Source: Thermoplasmatales archaeon
Lineage (GTDB): Archaea > Thermoplasmatota > Thermoplasmata > Thermoplasmatales > Thermoplasmataceae
DNA: 64,000 nt
Assembly (NCBI GenBank): GCA_027310185.1
Contig: DAIDBH010000014.1
Location: 96,001-160,000, forward strand
Direction: 5' to 3'
Shown: positions 52,200 through 62,192 of the stretch, one piece after another
Numbering within the stretch: the stretch's first letter is position 1
Layout of the letters: each line of letters starts with the position of its first letter
The notes under the pieces: model-generated
Databases searched by the model: none
What the model was told of the DNA's origin: nothing
Seen by the model: only the letters and a program-made list of their open reading frames with translations
Program-made: the position numbers and the translations under genes

Positions 52200-53357
52200 A
52201 TGAAGGTTACATTGACCCATATTAAGGCAGACATTGGTAGTTTGCCAGGGCATACAACAGTCCATGAGGATGTTTTGAACGAGGTTAAGAGATTTTTAAA
52301 GGAACAGTCGAAGGGTATTATATGGGATCATTTTGTGGGTTATGTTGGAGATGATATCCAGATAACGATGGTTCATGATAATGGAGTTAATGCCTCAGAA
52401 GTTCACAAGCTTGCATGGGATGCATTCAAGTCTGGAACAGAAGTGGCTAAAAAACTTGGGCTTTATGGAGCAGGACAGGATCTTCTAAAGGATTCATTCT
52501 CTGGAAATATCAAAGGCATGGGGCCTGGCATTGCAGAAATGGACATAACGCCCAGAAGAAGTGAGCCATTTATTGTGTATATGATGGATAAAACAGAACC
52601 GGGTGCATTCAATTACCCAATATTCAAGATGTTTGCTGATCCGTTCAATACTCCAGGCCTTGTGATAGATCAGAGCATGCATGAAGGTTTTAAATTTGAG
52701 GTTTGGGACATTCAGGAAGCAAAGGCCATAATGCTTGATGCTCCGGAAGAAATGTACGATATAATATCCCTCATAGGAACAAAGGGCAGATATGTTATAA
52801 AGAGGGTCTACACGAAGAAAGAACATGCAAAGTTACCTGATGAAAATGTTGCGGTTATTACAACTGACAAACTGTCATTCATAGCAGGAGAATACGTTGG
52901 AAAGGATGATCCAGCAGCAATTGTAAGAATCCAATCTGGTTTGCCTGCCTCTGGTGAGGCAATGGAAGCATTTTCACATCCATATCTTGTTTCAGGATGG
53001 ATGAGAGGCTCATTCAATGGTCCCCTAATGCCAGTGGCAATGAAAAATTCCAAGATGACCAGATTTGATGGGCCACCAAGGGTAGTTGCACTTGGTTTTG
53101 TTTATAAGGATAAGAAACTTACTGGCCCCGTCGATATGTTTGATGACCCGGCATATGATAATGCCAGGAAACTCGCTAACGATATTACTGATTATATCAG
53201 GAGAATGGGACCGTTTGAGCCACACAGGCTTCCGGAGGAAGAAATGGAATACACAACACTCCCAAAGGTTATGGAAAAACTCAAGGGAAGATTTGTGCAT
53301 GTTGATGCAATTGAAAAAGGCAAAAGCAAGAATTCCACTGGCAGGGATTCGGATTAA
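52200..53357 (+). CDS. fbp: Fructose-1,6-bisphosphate aldolase/phosphatase
   Basis: [46 protein letters not shown]. Confidence 0.97.
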   Translation: MKVTLTHIKADIGSLPGHTTVHEDVLNEVKRFLKEQSKGIIWDHFVGYVGDDIQITMVHDNGVNASEVHKLAWDAFKSGTEVAKKLGLYGAGQDLLKDSFSGNIKGMGPGIAEMDITPRRSEPFIVYMMDKTEPGAFNYPIFKMFADPFNTPGLVIDQSMHEGFKFEVWDIQEAKAIMLDAPEEMYDIISLIGTKGRYVIKRVYTKKEHAKLPDENVAVITTDKLSFIAGEYVGKDDPAAIVRIQSGLPASGEAMEAFSHPYLVSGWMRGSFNGPLMPVAMKNSKMTRFDGPPRVVALGFVYKDKKLTGPVDMFDDPAYDNARKLANDITDYIRRMGPFEPHRLPEEEMEYTTLPKVMEKLKGRFVHVDAIEKGKSKNSTGRDSD

Positions 53358-53362
53358 TCAAG

Positions 53363-53821
53363 ATGGAAAAGGAAAAACACCCTTCGTGGGATCAGTACTT
53401 CATGAAAATGGCCTATATGGCAGCCTCCAGGGCAAATTGTGTTAGGAGGCAGGTAGGGGCCCTCATAGTGAGGGACAAATCAATTCTTGCTACCGGGTAC
53501 AACGGGCCACCGACCGGTGCTCAGCACTGTGATGTGGTTGGCTGCATAAGGATCGACATGGACATTCCATCAGGTGAAAGACATGAGCTATGCAGGGGGT
53601 TGCATGCTGAACAGAATGCAATAATACAGGCTGCAGTGAATGGTGTCAGCATCAGGGATGGGGTGATATATACTACAACTTTTCCCTGTGTAGTGTGTGC
53701 CAAAATGATAGTCAATGCGAGACTTAAGGAGATAATTTACACTGAAGGCTATCCAGACGAACTTTCAGAGCTTATGCTCCTCGAAAGCGATGTCAAGAAA
53801 AGAAAACTAGAAATGGAATAG
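53363..53821 (+). CDS. dCMP deaminase family protein
   Basis: WDQYFM, TGYNG, HAEQNA, PCVVC. Confidence 0.92.
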   Translation: MEKEKHPSWDQYFMKMAYMAASRANCVRRQVGALIVRDKSILATGYNGPPTGAQHCDVVGCIRIDMDIPSGERHELCRGLHAEQNAIIQAAVNGVSIRDGVIYTTTFPCVVCAKMIVNARLKEIIYTEGYPDELSELMLLESDVKKRKLEME

Positions 53822-53855
53822 TTTTTTAAGTTGGACTGTATAAGCGAGTAAATAA

Positions 53856-54521
53856 ATGAGTTCCATAATTTCTGGTTTGATTGAGTACATAATTAATTTG
53901 GTTATATACGTGATTCAGGTATCAAATTACCCCGGTATATTCTTCCTGATGTTTCTGGAAGGTCTGTTGCTACCTGTACCCTCAGAGGTTGTCATGGCAT
54001 TTTCCGGTTACCTGGCCCTCTCAAATCAATTGCCGGTATATCTAAGCATACCTTCATATTTGCTTGTACTTATTGCTGGAACACTGGGAAATGCAGTTGG
54101 TGCAAGTGCTGCGTATGCCATTGGGCTCTATGGTGGAAGGCCAGCCATAATGCGCTTCGGCAAATACATCAGGCTTGATGAGAAATCACTTGACAGAACA
54201 GAAAAATGGTTCAGTAAATATGGAGAAATTTCTGTTTTTGTCACCAGGCTGATCCCGATTTTCAGGACATTTATATCAATACCGGCCGGCCTTGCGGAGA
54301 TGAAGTTCACCAAATTCCTTTCGTTTACTCTTCTGGGCACCGTTATTTGGGATTCAGTTCTGATATATGTTGGATATCTGCTTGGCAACGGCTGGAAAAA
54401 TATTCTGGGTCTATTCAATGATTATACATATATAGCCATAGTCCTCGCTCTAGTCGTTCTCTTCTATGTGTACAGAGTGCTGTCAAGAGGGACCTCGAAA
54501 AAGCTCACTGATAACCAATAA
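53856..54521 (+). CDS. DedA family membrane protein
   Basis: LPVPSEVV, RLIPIFRTFISIPAG. Confidence 0.93.
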   Translation: MSSIISGLIEYIINLVIYVIQVSNYPGIFFLMFLEGLLLPVPSEVVMAFSGYLALSNQLPVYLSIPSYLLVLIAGTLGNAVGASAAYAIGLYGGRPAIMRFGKYIRLDEKSLDRTEKWFSKYGEISVFVTRLIPIFRTFISIPAGLAEMKFTKFLSFTLLGTVIWDSVLIYVGYLLGNGWKNILGLFNDYTYIAIVLALVVLFYVYRVLSRGTSKKLTDNQ

Positions 54522-54639
54522 CTGAATCTTTATCCTTAATTTTTTAATAGCTCCACCCTTGATTTTACGTTGTTTTTCTACATGTTTGAAATTATGGTAG
54601 TTAGTTCAAAAAACTTAAATATGTGTAAGTAATACATAG

Positions 54640-54660
54640 TTGTCAACTAATGGTTGACAA
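54640..54660. promoter_or_regulatory. Putative heat-shock repressor operator TTGTCAAC-N5-GTTGACAA
   Basis: Perfect 8-bp inverted repeat with a 5-nt spacer between the TATA-like CTTAAATA (about 54614-54621) and the GAGGT SD of hsp20. Confidence 0.75.
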
Positions 54661-54672
54661 GAGGTAATTAAA

Positions 54673-55221
54673 ATGGTTACGAGAAGAAGAAAAGACGATG
54701 ACTGGGATGACGACTTCTTCGGGGATTTCTTCGAGGATTTCGGCTTTGACTTTGATAAGGTGAACGATAGGATGAGGAGAATAATGGAAAGGATGATAAA
54801 AAATTCCGATGAGACCACGATTGGCCCCTATGTATATGGATTCAGCTATAAGGTTGGTCCAGACGGCAAGCCTTCTTTCCAGGAGTTTGGCAATATTCCT
54901 AACAGGCCCTCCCTGAGTGATAAAAGCAGTGAGCCTGAAGCAAGAGAACCACTTACAGACATCAATTACGACAAGGAGAAAGTTTACCTGACTTTTGAAC
55001 TTCCCGGGATATCCAAGGAGAACATAGACCTTAAAGTTTCAGAGAATGAGGTAACAATAAATGTTGCTGAAGGTCCAAGAAAGTATTTCAGGAATGTGCC
55101 CCTGGAAGAACCCATAAAGCCAGAGACTGCCGTTGCAAAATTCACCAATGGAATACTGGATCTGACTCTGGACCTTGCCAGGAAGGGAAACGAAAAGGGA
55201 AAATCAGTAAAGATAGAGTAA
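54673..55221 (+). CDS. hsp20: Archaeal small heat shock protein Hsp20
   Basis: GPYVYGFSYKVGPDGKP..QEFGN, REPLTD, ELPG, NGILD, C-terminal VKIE. Confidence 0.95.
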   Translation: MVTRRRKDDDWDDDFFGDFFEDFGFDFDKVNDRMRRIMERMIKNSDETTIGPYVYGFSYKVGPDGKPSFQEFGNIPNRPSLSDKSSEPEAREPLTDINYDKEKVYLTFELPGISKENIDLKVSENEVTINVAEGPRKYFRNVPLEEPIKPETAVAKFTNGILDLTLDLARKGNEKGKSVKIE

Positions 55222-55222
55222 G

Positions 55223-55801
55223 ATGGATGACATAGATACCCTCCTGTCCATAATGGAAAATTCAACCAGGAGGGCTATTTTAAAAAAGCTCCTTCTGGAA
55301 GAATCTTATGGCCTGGAAATAAGCAAGAGCCTTGGAATTTCGCAGCAGGCAATCAATAAGCAACTGGAGGTACTTGAACGGGCAAACCTCATATTTTCAA
55401 TGGGAGTGACTCCCAGCTCCATTGGACCGCCACGAAAGGTCTACAGGCCAACGGGCTTTTCTACACTTGTCATTGACTACACACCGACTTTCATCCAGGT
55501 TTCAAAATTTGACCTGACGGAAAAAAATGAACATGAGAACCATGAAGGGATTTCCATAGAAAGAATCAGGGAGTTGAATGAAAAGATGGATGCCCTTATG
55601 AAAGAGAGGCAGGGTCTTGTTGAGGAAAAGAATTACATAATTCAGACATTGAGAAAAAATGTTGTGGAGCGGGTAAAGGAAGGATTCATCAGGCAGATAT
55701 TAATGGAATACCTGGAAACACTGAACGAGGACGAGGTTTCTAGAACCACGGGCATCCCGGTTGAGATAATCAGGAAGATTGTCGATGACTTCCTGGGATG
55801 A
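55223..55801 (+). CDS. ArsR-type wHTH regulator, HSR1/Phr-like heat-shock regulator
   Basis: ENSTRRAIL, ISQQAINKQLEVLE, GPPRKVY, C-terminal coiled coil; immediately downstream of hsp20. Confidence 0.85.
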   Translation: MDDIDTLLSIMENSTRRAILKKLLLEESYGLEISKSLGISQQAINKQLEVLERANLIFSMGVTPSSIGPPRKVYRPTGFSTLVIDYTPTFIQVSKFDLTEKNEHENHEGISIERIRELNEKMDALMKERQGLVEEKNYIIQTLRKNVVERVKEGFIRQILMEYLETLNEDEVSRTTGIPVEIIRKIVDDFLG

Positions 55802-55805
55802 TTGC

Positions 55806-56774
55806 TTATTTTTTTATCATTCTTGTGAAGTACCTTGTTAGTGATTTATGCACTTTCTGAGGTAATATTATATCTATATCAAAGAAATTTCTGAAATAAT
55901 CAAGATTTTCCGTATTATCTGTAACGATACATGCCCTGCTTCCCCTTTGTAATAAATTTGACATCTTTTGGGCAGCCCTGAAATAGAATTCGGATCTTTC
56001 TAATGAAATGTGAGAGTTCTTCCCATATGGGAAATCTGTTACTATGCCGTCAAACTTCCTGTCAGATTGAAACTCCAGAAAATCTGTCTTAATTATGCTG
56101 AAGCCCCTGATTCCAAAATACTTCAGGTTCATTCTGGCTCCGATTACCATCTCGTTGAGGATATCTATGCCTTCTACCCTGTATCCCTTCAGACCTGCTT
56201 CCATAAGAATTCCCCCACCGCCGCAGAATGGATCTAGCAGTGTGGAACCATCCGGGAAATAACCAATATTAATGAGGAAAGATGCAAAGGCTGGATCCAT
56301 AGATACCGGAGAGAAAAATGGTCTCAGGGGAGCCTTTCTTTTGGTCTTTTCAATGTTGTTTCTTGAGTACTTCTGTGCGCATATGTACCATTTATCCAGA
56401 TGATAGGCAAGGACCACGAAATCAGGAGCTGAAAAAGATACACGTCCCGTTCCGCCAAGTAGTTGCCCTATTTCTCTCTCCTCTGATGTTCCATGGCATT
56501 TATGTGCGTCAATGATCCTGACATAAAATTTACCTTCAGGTAGTAAAACATCAGAAATATCTGAAAACTGTTCTGCAGTGCCTAAAACTTCTCCTGCCCT
56601 CTTCACGAAGGCAAGTCCATCCAGATCATGAAAACCATTTGCAATAAATATGCCCTGACCCATATCTCTTATTGAAATGGATGATGCTCTTTCAAATGTA
56701 CATAAAAGTTCTTCCCTGGCAAAACTGTATCGCCCTATCTCTGTCTCTATAATTAAAAAATTATTTGATTCCAA
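55806..56774 (-). CDS. tRNA m2G10 methyltransferase (Trm11/TrmG10 family)
   Basis: RPFFSPVSMDP, LDPFCGGGGILME, TDFPYG, VHKSLTR. Confidence 0.88.
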   Translation of the reverse strand: MESNNFLIIETEIGRYSFAREELLCTFERASSISIRDMGQGIFIANGFHDLDGLAFVKRAGEVLGTAEQFSDISDVLLPEGKFYVRIIDAHKCHGTSEEREIGQLLGGTGRVSFSAPDFVVLAYHLDKWYICAQKYSRNNIEKTKRKAPLRPFFSPVSMDPAFASFLINIGYFPDGSTLLDPFCGGGGILMEAGLKGYRVEGIDILNEMVIGARMNLKYFGIRGFSIIKTDFLEFQSDRKFDGIVTDFPYGKNSHISLERSEFYFRAAQKMSNLLQRGSRACIVTDNTENLDYFRNFFDIDIILPQKVHKSLTRYFTRMIKK

Positions 56775-56789
56775 CCTGGAACCACTGAC

Positions 56790-57137
56790 TTAGTTATCGC
56801 TTGGTTTATTCTTGTTCAGTTCTGGTACTCCTATTTGGGAATCATCATTTTTCTTAAGTTCCTTATTTAATTCATTGGAAAGATTTTCAAAAACCTTGCT
56901 TAATCTCTTAATCGATCTTTTAACCGCGGCTTGCGGCTTTCCAGATTTCACCTTAACATACACTCTAGGATTATCTATTACAGGGTGTTTTATGTAATAT
57001 CTTGATTCTGTAACCTGTTCATCTTTTTGAATTTCCTCAACAAGAGGTCTTAGTAGTGTATTGTCATAGTTCATTATTTCAAATGTTATTGAATCTTTCT
57101 GCTTTTCAACAATACTTATTTTGCTTTCCATCGACAT
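56790..57137 (-). CDS. rpoL: DNA-directed RNA polymerase subunit L (Rpo11)
   Basis: ITFEIMNYDNTLLRPL, YYIKHPVIDNP. Confidence 0.85.
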   Translation of the reverse strand: MSMESKISIVEKQKDSITFEIMNYDNTLLRPLVEEIQKDEQVTESRYYIKHPVIDNPRVYVKVKSGKPQAAVKRSIKRLSKVFENLSNELNKELKKNDDSQIGVPELNKNKPSDN

Positions 57138-57190
57138 GATATTAAAAACGCCGTATTAAAAATTAGCATTTGCTTATTACTATAAGTAGA

Positions 57191-58081
57191 TTAATTTTTT
57201 GGTTTATTCTTTATTTCCCAATAAGAGTCTTCGACCTCAGTGTTTATTCTGTCCATGTATCCATTTAGGTTCATAATTTCCTCTAACTGAATGATGAACG
57301 ATATTGTGTTTGTTGTTCCATTTTTCTGGGTGAAATAGCTGTTTATTTCATCAATCTTAAGATCCGCCATAAGTTTCTCTTTTTTTTGCGTAAAATTAGC
57401 AATAACCTCCCGGGCATTCACATCAGCGGGAATTACTGAATTGAACTCGTATTTTACCTTTCTTCCTTCATTAAGCTTGGTGAATATTGAACTTCCAAAA
57501 AGGATGGTGTTGGGAATGAGTACACTCCTTGAATTTGTCAATTTCACTCTGGTGTAGAGGGTCTTTACGTCTTCCACTTTTCCGGTTAATGTTTCAGGGA
57601 ACATCCAGGAAAATATGGAGATGGATTCATCTGGCTTTAGGAACCCGCCTGCAGTTACCAGCAGTCCTGAGAGAAGACTGGAAACAACGGACTGCACTGC
57701 AAAACCTATTACAACACCACCAATTGCTCCACCAACCAGCGCTCCTTCAAGATTAACCCCCGCATAGATGAGGAATACAGTTATTGCCAGTGCATAAATC
57801 AGTATACGTAAAATGATATAGATGCCGTTGAGGTTCCTTTCACCGTTGCTTCTTAATGTGAGTTGATTGAGTAATTTTCTTGTGATCCTCAGTAAAATAA
57901 ATGCTACTATGATTATTATCAGTGCTACAAAAGCATCCTTTACGTAGATGTCATATTTGTCGGGTATGTTCAAGAAATTAGCTATTGTAAGGTAAAAATA
58001 TTCGAATGTATATACTATAATCACTGCTATTACTATGGAAATAACTGATTTGGTCAGTGACCTTCTTTCCTGGGAATTCAC
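57191..58081 (-). CDS. Small-conductance mechanosensitive channel (MscS family)
   Basis: GGAIGGVVIGFAVQSVVSSLLSG pore helix, GKVEDV, IPN. Confidence 0.9.
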   Translation of the reverse strand: MNSQERRSLTKSVISIVIAVIIVYTFEYFYLTIANFLNIPDKYDIYVKDAFVALIIIIVAFILLRITRKLLNQLTLRSNGERNLNGIYIILRILIYALAITVFLIYAGVNLEGALVGGAIGGVVIGFAVQSVVSSLLSGLLVTAGGFLKPDESISIFSWMFPETLTGKVEDVKTLYTRVKLTNSRSVLIPNTILFGSSIFTKLNEGRKVKYEFNSVIPADVNAREVIANFTQKKEKLMADLKIDEINSYFTQKNGTTNTISFIIQLEEIMNLNGYMDRINTEVEDSYWEIKNKPKN

Positions 58082-58154
58082 ATTACTTTAAATTTGTCTT
58101 TATAGATAGTCTTTTTTGATCTTTTTCCCTTTTTCATCCAATTTTCATGATTTC

Positions 58155-58856
58155 CTATTGACCCAGAAACTTCATGGCAAATCTTAGTAAAAATGGTAAC
58201 TTTCTCCTCATGGTTACCGGATCAGACGTTTCTCCCATATCATTTTTTATAGACTCGATGATCTTCCTGTAACTGTCTACACGATCTATGAGATTCAATT
58301 TCTCCGCTTCTTTTGCGGCGTAAATTCCGCTGTTGCCAACCTCAACTATTTGTTCGTCTGTGAGGTGCCTCCTCTCTTTTACTATTTCCAGGAAGAAATC
58401 ATATATCTCTGATAAAATTGCATTCTGCCTTAGTAGATCTTCTTCAGTAGATTTCTGAAACGGGTTCATTGATGCTTTCTCCTTTCCCATGCTGAGCACA
58501 TTTACCTTCACACCTATTTTGCCAAGGAGTTCGCTCACGTCCGGTGACATTGATATCACTCCCACGGATCCAACCAATCCGGTGTGAATAGAGTATATCT
58601 TTCGTGTTGCGCATGCAATCATATATGCTCCTGATGCCGCTGTCCCCGTAACCATTGAAAAGACAGGCTTACTTTCATTAAGATGGCTAACAGCTTCGTA
58701 GATGAGTTCAGATGCACTTGCACTCCCACCCCCAGAGTTTATGTCGAGTATCACTCCTTTTATTTTTTTATTTCTAAGAGAAGTTTCTAGCTGGGGTTTT
58801 ATTGTACTAAAGGTATTTTCTCCGATGTTTCCATGTAAATTTATGGTTATGATCAT
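58155..58856 (-). CDS. sppA: Signal peptide peptidase SppA (S49)
   Basis: INSGGGS, AASGAYMIA, GSVGV. Confidence 0.92.
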   Translation of the reverse strand: MIITINLHGNIGENTFSTIKPQLETSLRNKKIKGVILDINSGGGSASASELIYEAVSHLNESKPVFSMVTGTAASGAYMIACATRKIYSIHTGLVGSVGVISMSPDVSELLGKIGVKVNVLSMGKEKASMNPFQKSTEEDLLRQNAILSEIYDFFLEIVKERRHLTDEQIVEVGNSGIYAAKEAEKLNLIDRVDSYRKIIESIKNDMGETSDPVTMRRKLPFLLRFAMKFLGQ

Positions 58857-59060
58857 CCTATAATGATCGGTATTACACTATTAATATTCTCTTGATGCAA
58901 AGCTTAAAAAATATTAATCCTGGAAAATAAGAGATCTTTTTCATTTTATCTCAAAGAAAATCCTAAATTTTCTTAAATAATTGAGGCAAGTAATTCTAAA
59001 AATTATAATACAAAGAAATTATTTCTAACCGTAGAACAGATTAATATAATAGGTGATTAA

Positions 59061-60206
59061 ATGAAAATTCCTGATAGAGTTGTGATTCTTGGTGACAAGG
59101 AATCAGCCGTAATGGCTGCAAATAAGCTTGCAAATCGGACAAACAAGAAAGAAATCGAAATAATAGTAATTGGAAAACAGGTTAATGTTGAATTCAGCGA
59201 TTCCAACATATTCGTTCCATCCTCTCTTGTTGATCACCACTTGCTGAAGAGAAGCATGAATTCAATGTTACATACTAATATTGAGTATATTCAGGATGAC
59301 ATCGTCTCACTGAACTTAAAGGATAAAAGCTTGAATACACGAGGCGGAAAGGTTGTGAGATACGATTATCTTCTTATTACTAATCCGGTGGAAGGGGACC
59401 ACACCACCATTACCGGTTTTTCAGAAGATGCGAGAACACTTGACACAATTCAGGATTCACTGAGACTGAAAGAAGATCTCCAGAACATAAAGAGTGGAGA
59501 GATCGTTATTTACCAGGACGGGTCGCATTCCAGGAGTCCACTTATAGGGGCAAACCTGTGCGTATTGCTCGCAAGTCATTTCAGAAGGAATGGAACAGAT
59601 AAAAACATGAAGATAACCTATCTTAATTCATCCAAAACAATTATAGAAAGTAAGAGTTTTCATGCAAAGGTTGATCAGGTCCTTCAAGAGAATGGGATTA
59701 AAACGGTTTACGGATTCAAACTGGATCAGCTTAATGTGAAAAATAAGGAGCTTCAAACGAGCGATGGCACTGCTGTGAAATATGATGTTCCGGTTATATT
59801 TGCACCTTCCAGGATGAAGGAGTATCTTGCTGGTGCTGGTTTTCCGAAGACCGATAGCTCACTTATAGAGCTAAACTTCAAAAATCTCAATGTGAAGAAC
59901 TTTCCTGAGGTCTATGTATCATCAATGGAACCATTGTACATATCAAACTACTGGAATATAAACCACGTCGAGCTGGATTATATTACAGCTAAAATTGCAC
60001 ACCATATCAGTGGCTATCCAGACCCTGAAGACTATAAGGGTGCAACATATATAGATTACCTGATAACCGAGGAGGAGAGGGCTACGAATATAGTAATTGA
60101 CTACAATGGAGAATATAGTGAGGGAAAGCAGAGCAAGACAGATTACCTGCTGAAGTTATACTCCTACCATTCGTTCTTTGGTAGTTATTCACAGGGATTT
60201 TTGTGA
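59061..60206 (+). CDS. Sulfide:quinone oxidoreductase-family protein with degenerate cofactor and catalytic motifs
   Basis: Colinear with archaeal SQR-like flavoproteins (RVVILG..AANKL, YDYLLI, SLRLKE, ENGI, KYD), but GxGxxG, ATG, CPxAP and GD motifs are replaced. Confidence 0.75.
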   Translation: MKIPDRVVILGDKESAVMAANKLANRTNKKEIEIIVIGKQVNVEFSDSNIFVPSSLVDHHLLKRSMNSMLHTNIEYIQDDIVSLNLKDKSLNTRGGKVVRYDYLLITNPVEGDHTTITGFSEDARTLDTIQDSLRLKEDLQNIKSGEIVIYQDGSHSRSPLIGANLCVLLASHFRRNGTDKNMKITYLNSSKTIIESKSFHAKVDQVLQENGIKTVYGFKLDQLNVKNKELQTSDGTAVKYDVPVIFAPSRMKEYLAGAGFPKTDSSLIELNFKNLNVKNFPEVYVSSMEPLYISNYWNINHVELDYITAKIAHHISGYPDPEDYKGATYIDYLITEEERATNIVIDYNGEYSEGKQSKTDYLLKLYSYHSFFGSYSQGFL

Positions 60207-60216
60207 GGTGTTAAAC

Positions 60217-60690
60217 ATGGAAAATGAAAAAAATGAAAAGGATCAGGTTGAAATTGCACTGTCAGAATTAATGGGTGATGACCAGACATTGCTTGGAGTT
60301 CTTAATCTTGTTAAGATGTTCAAAGACTCCGGCAACCTGGAGGTACTGGAGAAGTTGCTGACAGAGAATATGCCAGGTAATACAAAGGCTTATACATCTC
60401 TCATAGACAAGAGGGAACTTCATATGGGTGGTATTTCCCTTGTGAACAGTCTTCTAGCTCTTATGGCCTCAGTATCAGGTAAAACGTCACAATCCGTACT
60501 CAACGTATTGATGTATAACAGCGAAGATATATGGGACTCAATGATTGATGGTGCAAAACAGCCAGAAAATTTCTCTCTGCTCAGATTAATGGGCATGCTT
60601 AAGGATCCTGAGGTTGCGGCAGGATTGAGTGCTGTGATGAATGCCCTCAAGACATTGGGGTCACTCCTGAAGAAGGTAGACACTGAATGA
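60217..60690 (+). CDS. DUF1641 domain protein
   Basis: SLLRLMGMLKDPEVAAGL...LKTLG C-terminal motif; GAGGTG SD before ATG 60217. Confidence 0.88.
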   Translation: MENEKNEKDQVEIALSELMGDDQTLLGVLNLVKMFKDSGNLEVLEKLLTENMPGNTKAYTSLIDKRELHMGGISLVNSLLALMASVSGKTSQSVLNVLMYNSEDIWDSMIDGAKQPENFSLLRLMGMLKDPEVAAGLSAVMNALKTLGSLLKKVDTE

Positions 60691-61136
60691 CCCTGTCCGT
60701 ATCTTTCCATTATGACAAAGATGTTGGATTCAGAAGTGATTCCAGTGATATGGAAACAGTATACCTCAGAGATCCCATAATAAATAACCAGAAGATTTAT
60801 TCTCCAACTGAAACCATGCTTTTTGCAATGTCCGGGTGCTCCTCGTATGATGTGCTCCTGATAATTTCCAGAATGAGGAAGGAAATAAAGAACTACGGAA
60901 TGGAAGTGGAAGCAGAGCGGGAGACAGAAGAACCTAAAGTTCTTAAGAGTGCTCACTTCATATATACAATAGATGCAGATATAACAGAAGAACAGGCTCT
61001 GAGAGCTATCAATTTGTCCCTTGAGAAATATTGCAGCGTTACCATACTTGCAAGGAGAGGAGGAGTTGACGTGACTTACTCACTTGTCCTGAATGGAAAG
61101 AAAGTATGCGAGAAACAGGAACCCAAATTAGACTAG
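60687..61136 (+). CDS. OsmC/YhfA family protein
   Basis: SPTETMLFAMSGCSSYD and SLEKYCSV, both Cys retained. Confidence 0.9.
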   Translation: MTLSVSFHYDKDVGFRSDSSDMETVYLRDPIINNQKIYSPTETMLFAMSGCSSYDVLLIISRMRKEIKNYGMEVEAERETEEPKVLKSAHFIYTIDADITEEQALRAINLSLEKYCSVTILARRGGVDVTYSLVLNGKKVCEKQEPKLD

Positions 61137-62152
61137 ATATTTTTAATTCCGTGTCCAGTAAGTATTAGAAGGGAATTTTTTCCCAAATTGAATTTCTTCA
61201 TTGTGGCATACGTTATGGCTGAACTGTATTCACAGTCTATGCCAAGGTTTAGGAGAGATTGTTTTGCCCTGATAATTTCATCTTCTGCCAGTACCTCGCA
61301 TCTACCATATGTTTTGATTACGGAATTCAAAAGGGAATACCTGAGTGGTACGATCCCAGTCAGGGCATCAGCAACTGATGGTTCAGGTTCCCTGTTGATA
61401 TTATTCATTTTGTTGAACATCCCACTGGCTATTTCTGGTTGAATAGCCCATAAAGTTGGAATGGAATCTATAAGTCCATTCTGGAGCAGATGTGAAAATC
61501 CCTCAAAAATTCCCAGGTATAAGGTTCCTGTTGAGAATGGAATGAGTATATTTTCTGGAAGATGATCCATCTGTTCGAATATTTCGTATGCAATTACCCT
61601 GAACCCATCGTAAAATTCAGGCCAGTACTGATGACCAAGATATATGAGTCCACTGTTTTTTGCGCTATTTTCAACATCCTTTCTTGATCCATTTATTCTC
61701 TCGATCCTGGACCCATATCCCTGGATCTGCCTAATCTTATTAGGATTGGCTGAAACCGATGTGTAGACTGTTGCCTTAAGATTTAACATTTGAGAAAACA
61801 TTGCAAAAGATGCCCCGGCATTGCCTGACGAATCCTCACTAACTTCATCCCCCTTCTTGAGGAATTTTTTCTCGCTTAAGAATGAAAATAGAGTATTCAT
61901 TCCTCTATCCTTGTACGAAAGTGTGGGGTTGTAAAATTCAAGCTTAGCCATAAATTCTGGGGTCTCAATTACTGGTGTCTTCGAACTTAGGGGAATGAGA
62001 GGGTGCTCAAAATAATCAAAGTTACCATCCATATTTTTTTCGTATGGTCCAGATACCTTTATAATGAACGGCGAGCCGCAGGAATTACATACAAGTTCAT
62101 AATTTTCCCTTGATGCACCACACTTACTACAAAAAACCTTTGTTAAAACCAT
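61133..62152 (-). CDS. PLP-dependent threonine synthase-like enzyme
   Basis: N-terminal CxxC..CxxC, KLEFYNPTLSYKDRG, DSSGNAG, LTGHGIK. Confidence 0.85.
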   Translation of the reverse strand: MVLTKVFCSKCGASRENYELVCNSCGSPFIIKVSGPYEKNMDGNFDYFEHPLIPLSSKTPVIETPEFMAKLEFYNPTLSYKDRGMNTLFSFLSEKKFLKKGDEVSEDSSGNAGASFAMFSQMLNLKATVYTSVSANPNKIRQIQGYGSRIERINGSRKDVENSAKNSGLIYLGHQYWPEFYDGFRVIAYEIFEQMDHLPENILIPFSTGTLYLGIFEGFSHLLQNGLIDSIPTLWAIQPEIASGMFNKMNNINREPEPSVADALTGIVPLRYSLLNSVIKTYGRCEVLAEDEIIRAKQSLLNLGIDCEYSSAITYATMKKFNLGKNSLLILTGHGIKNI

Positions 62153-62192
62153 AGGGGTACATGATAAGTAATTTTAAAAATTTATATAAAAA

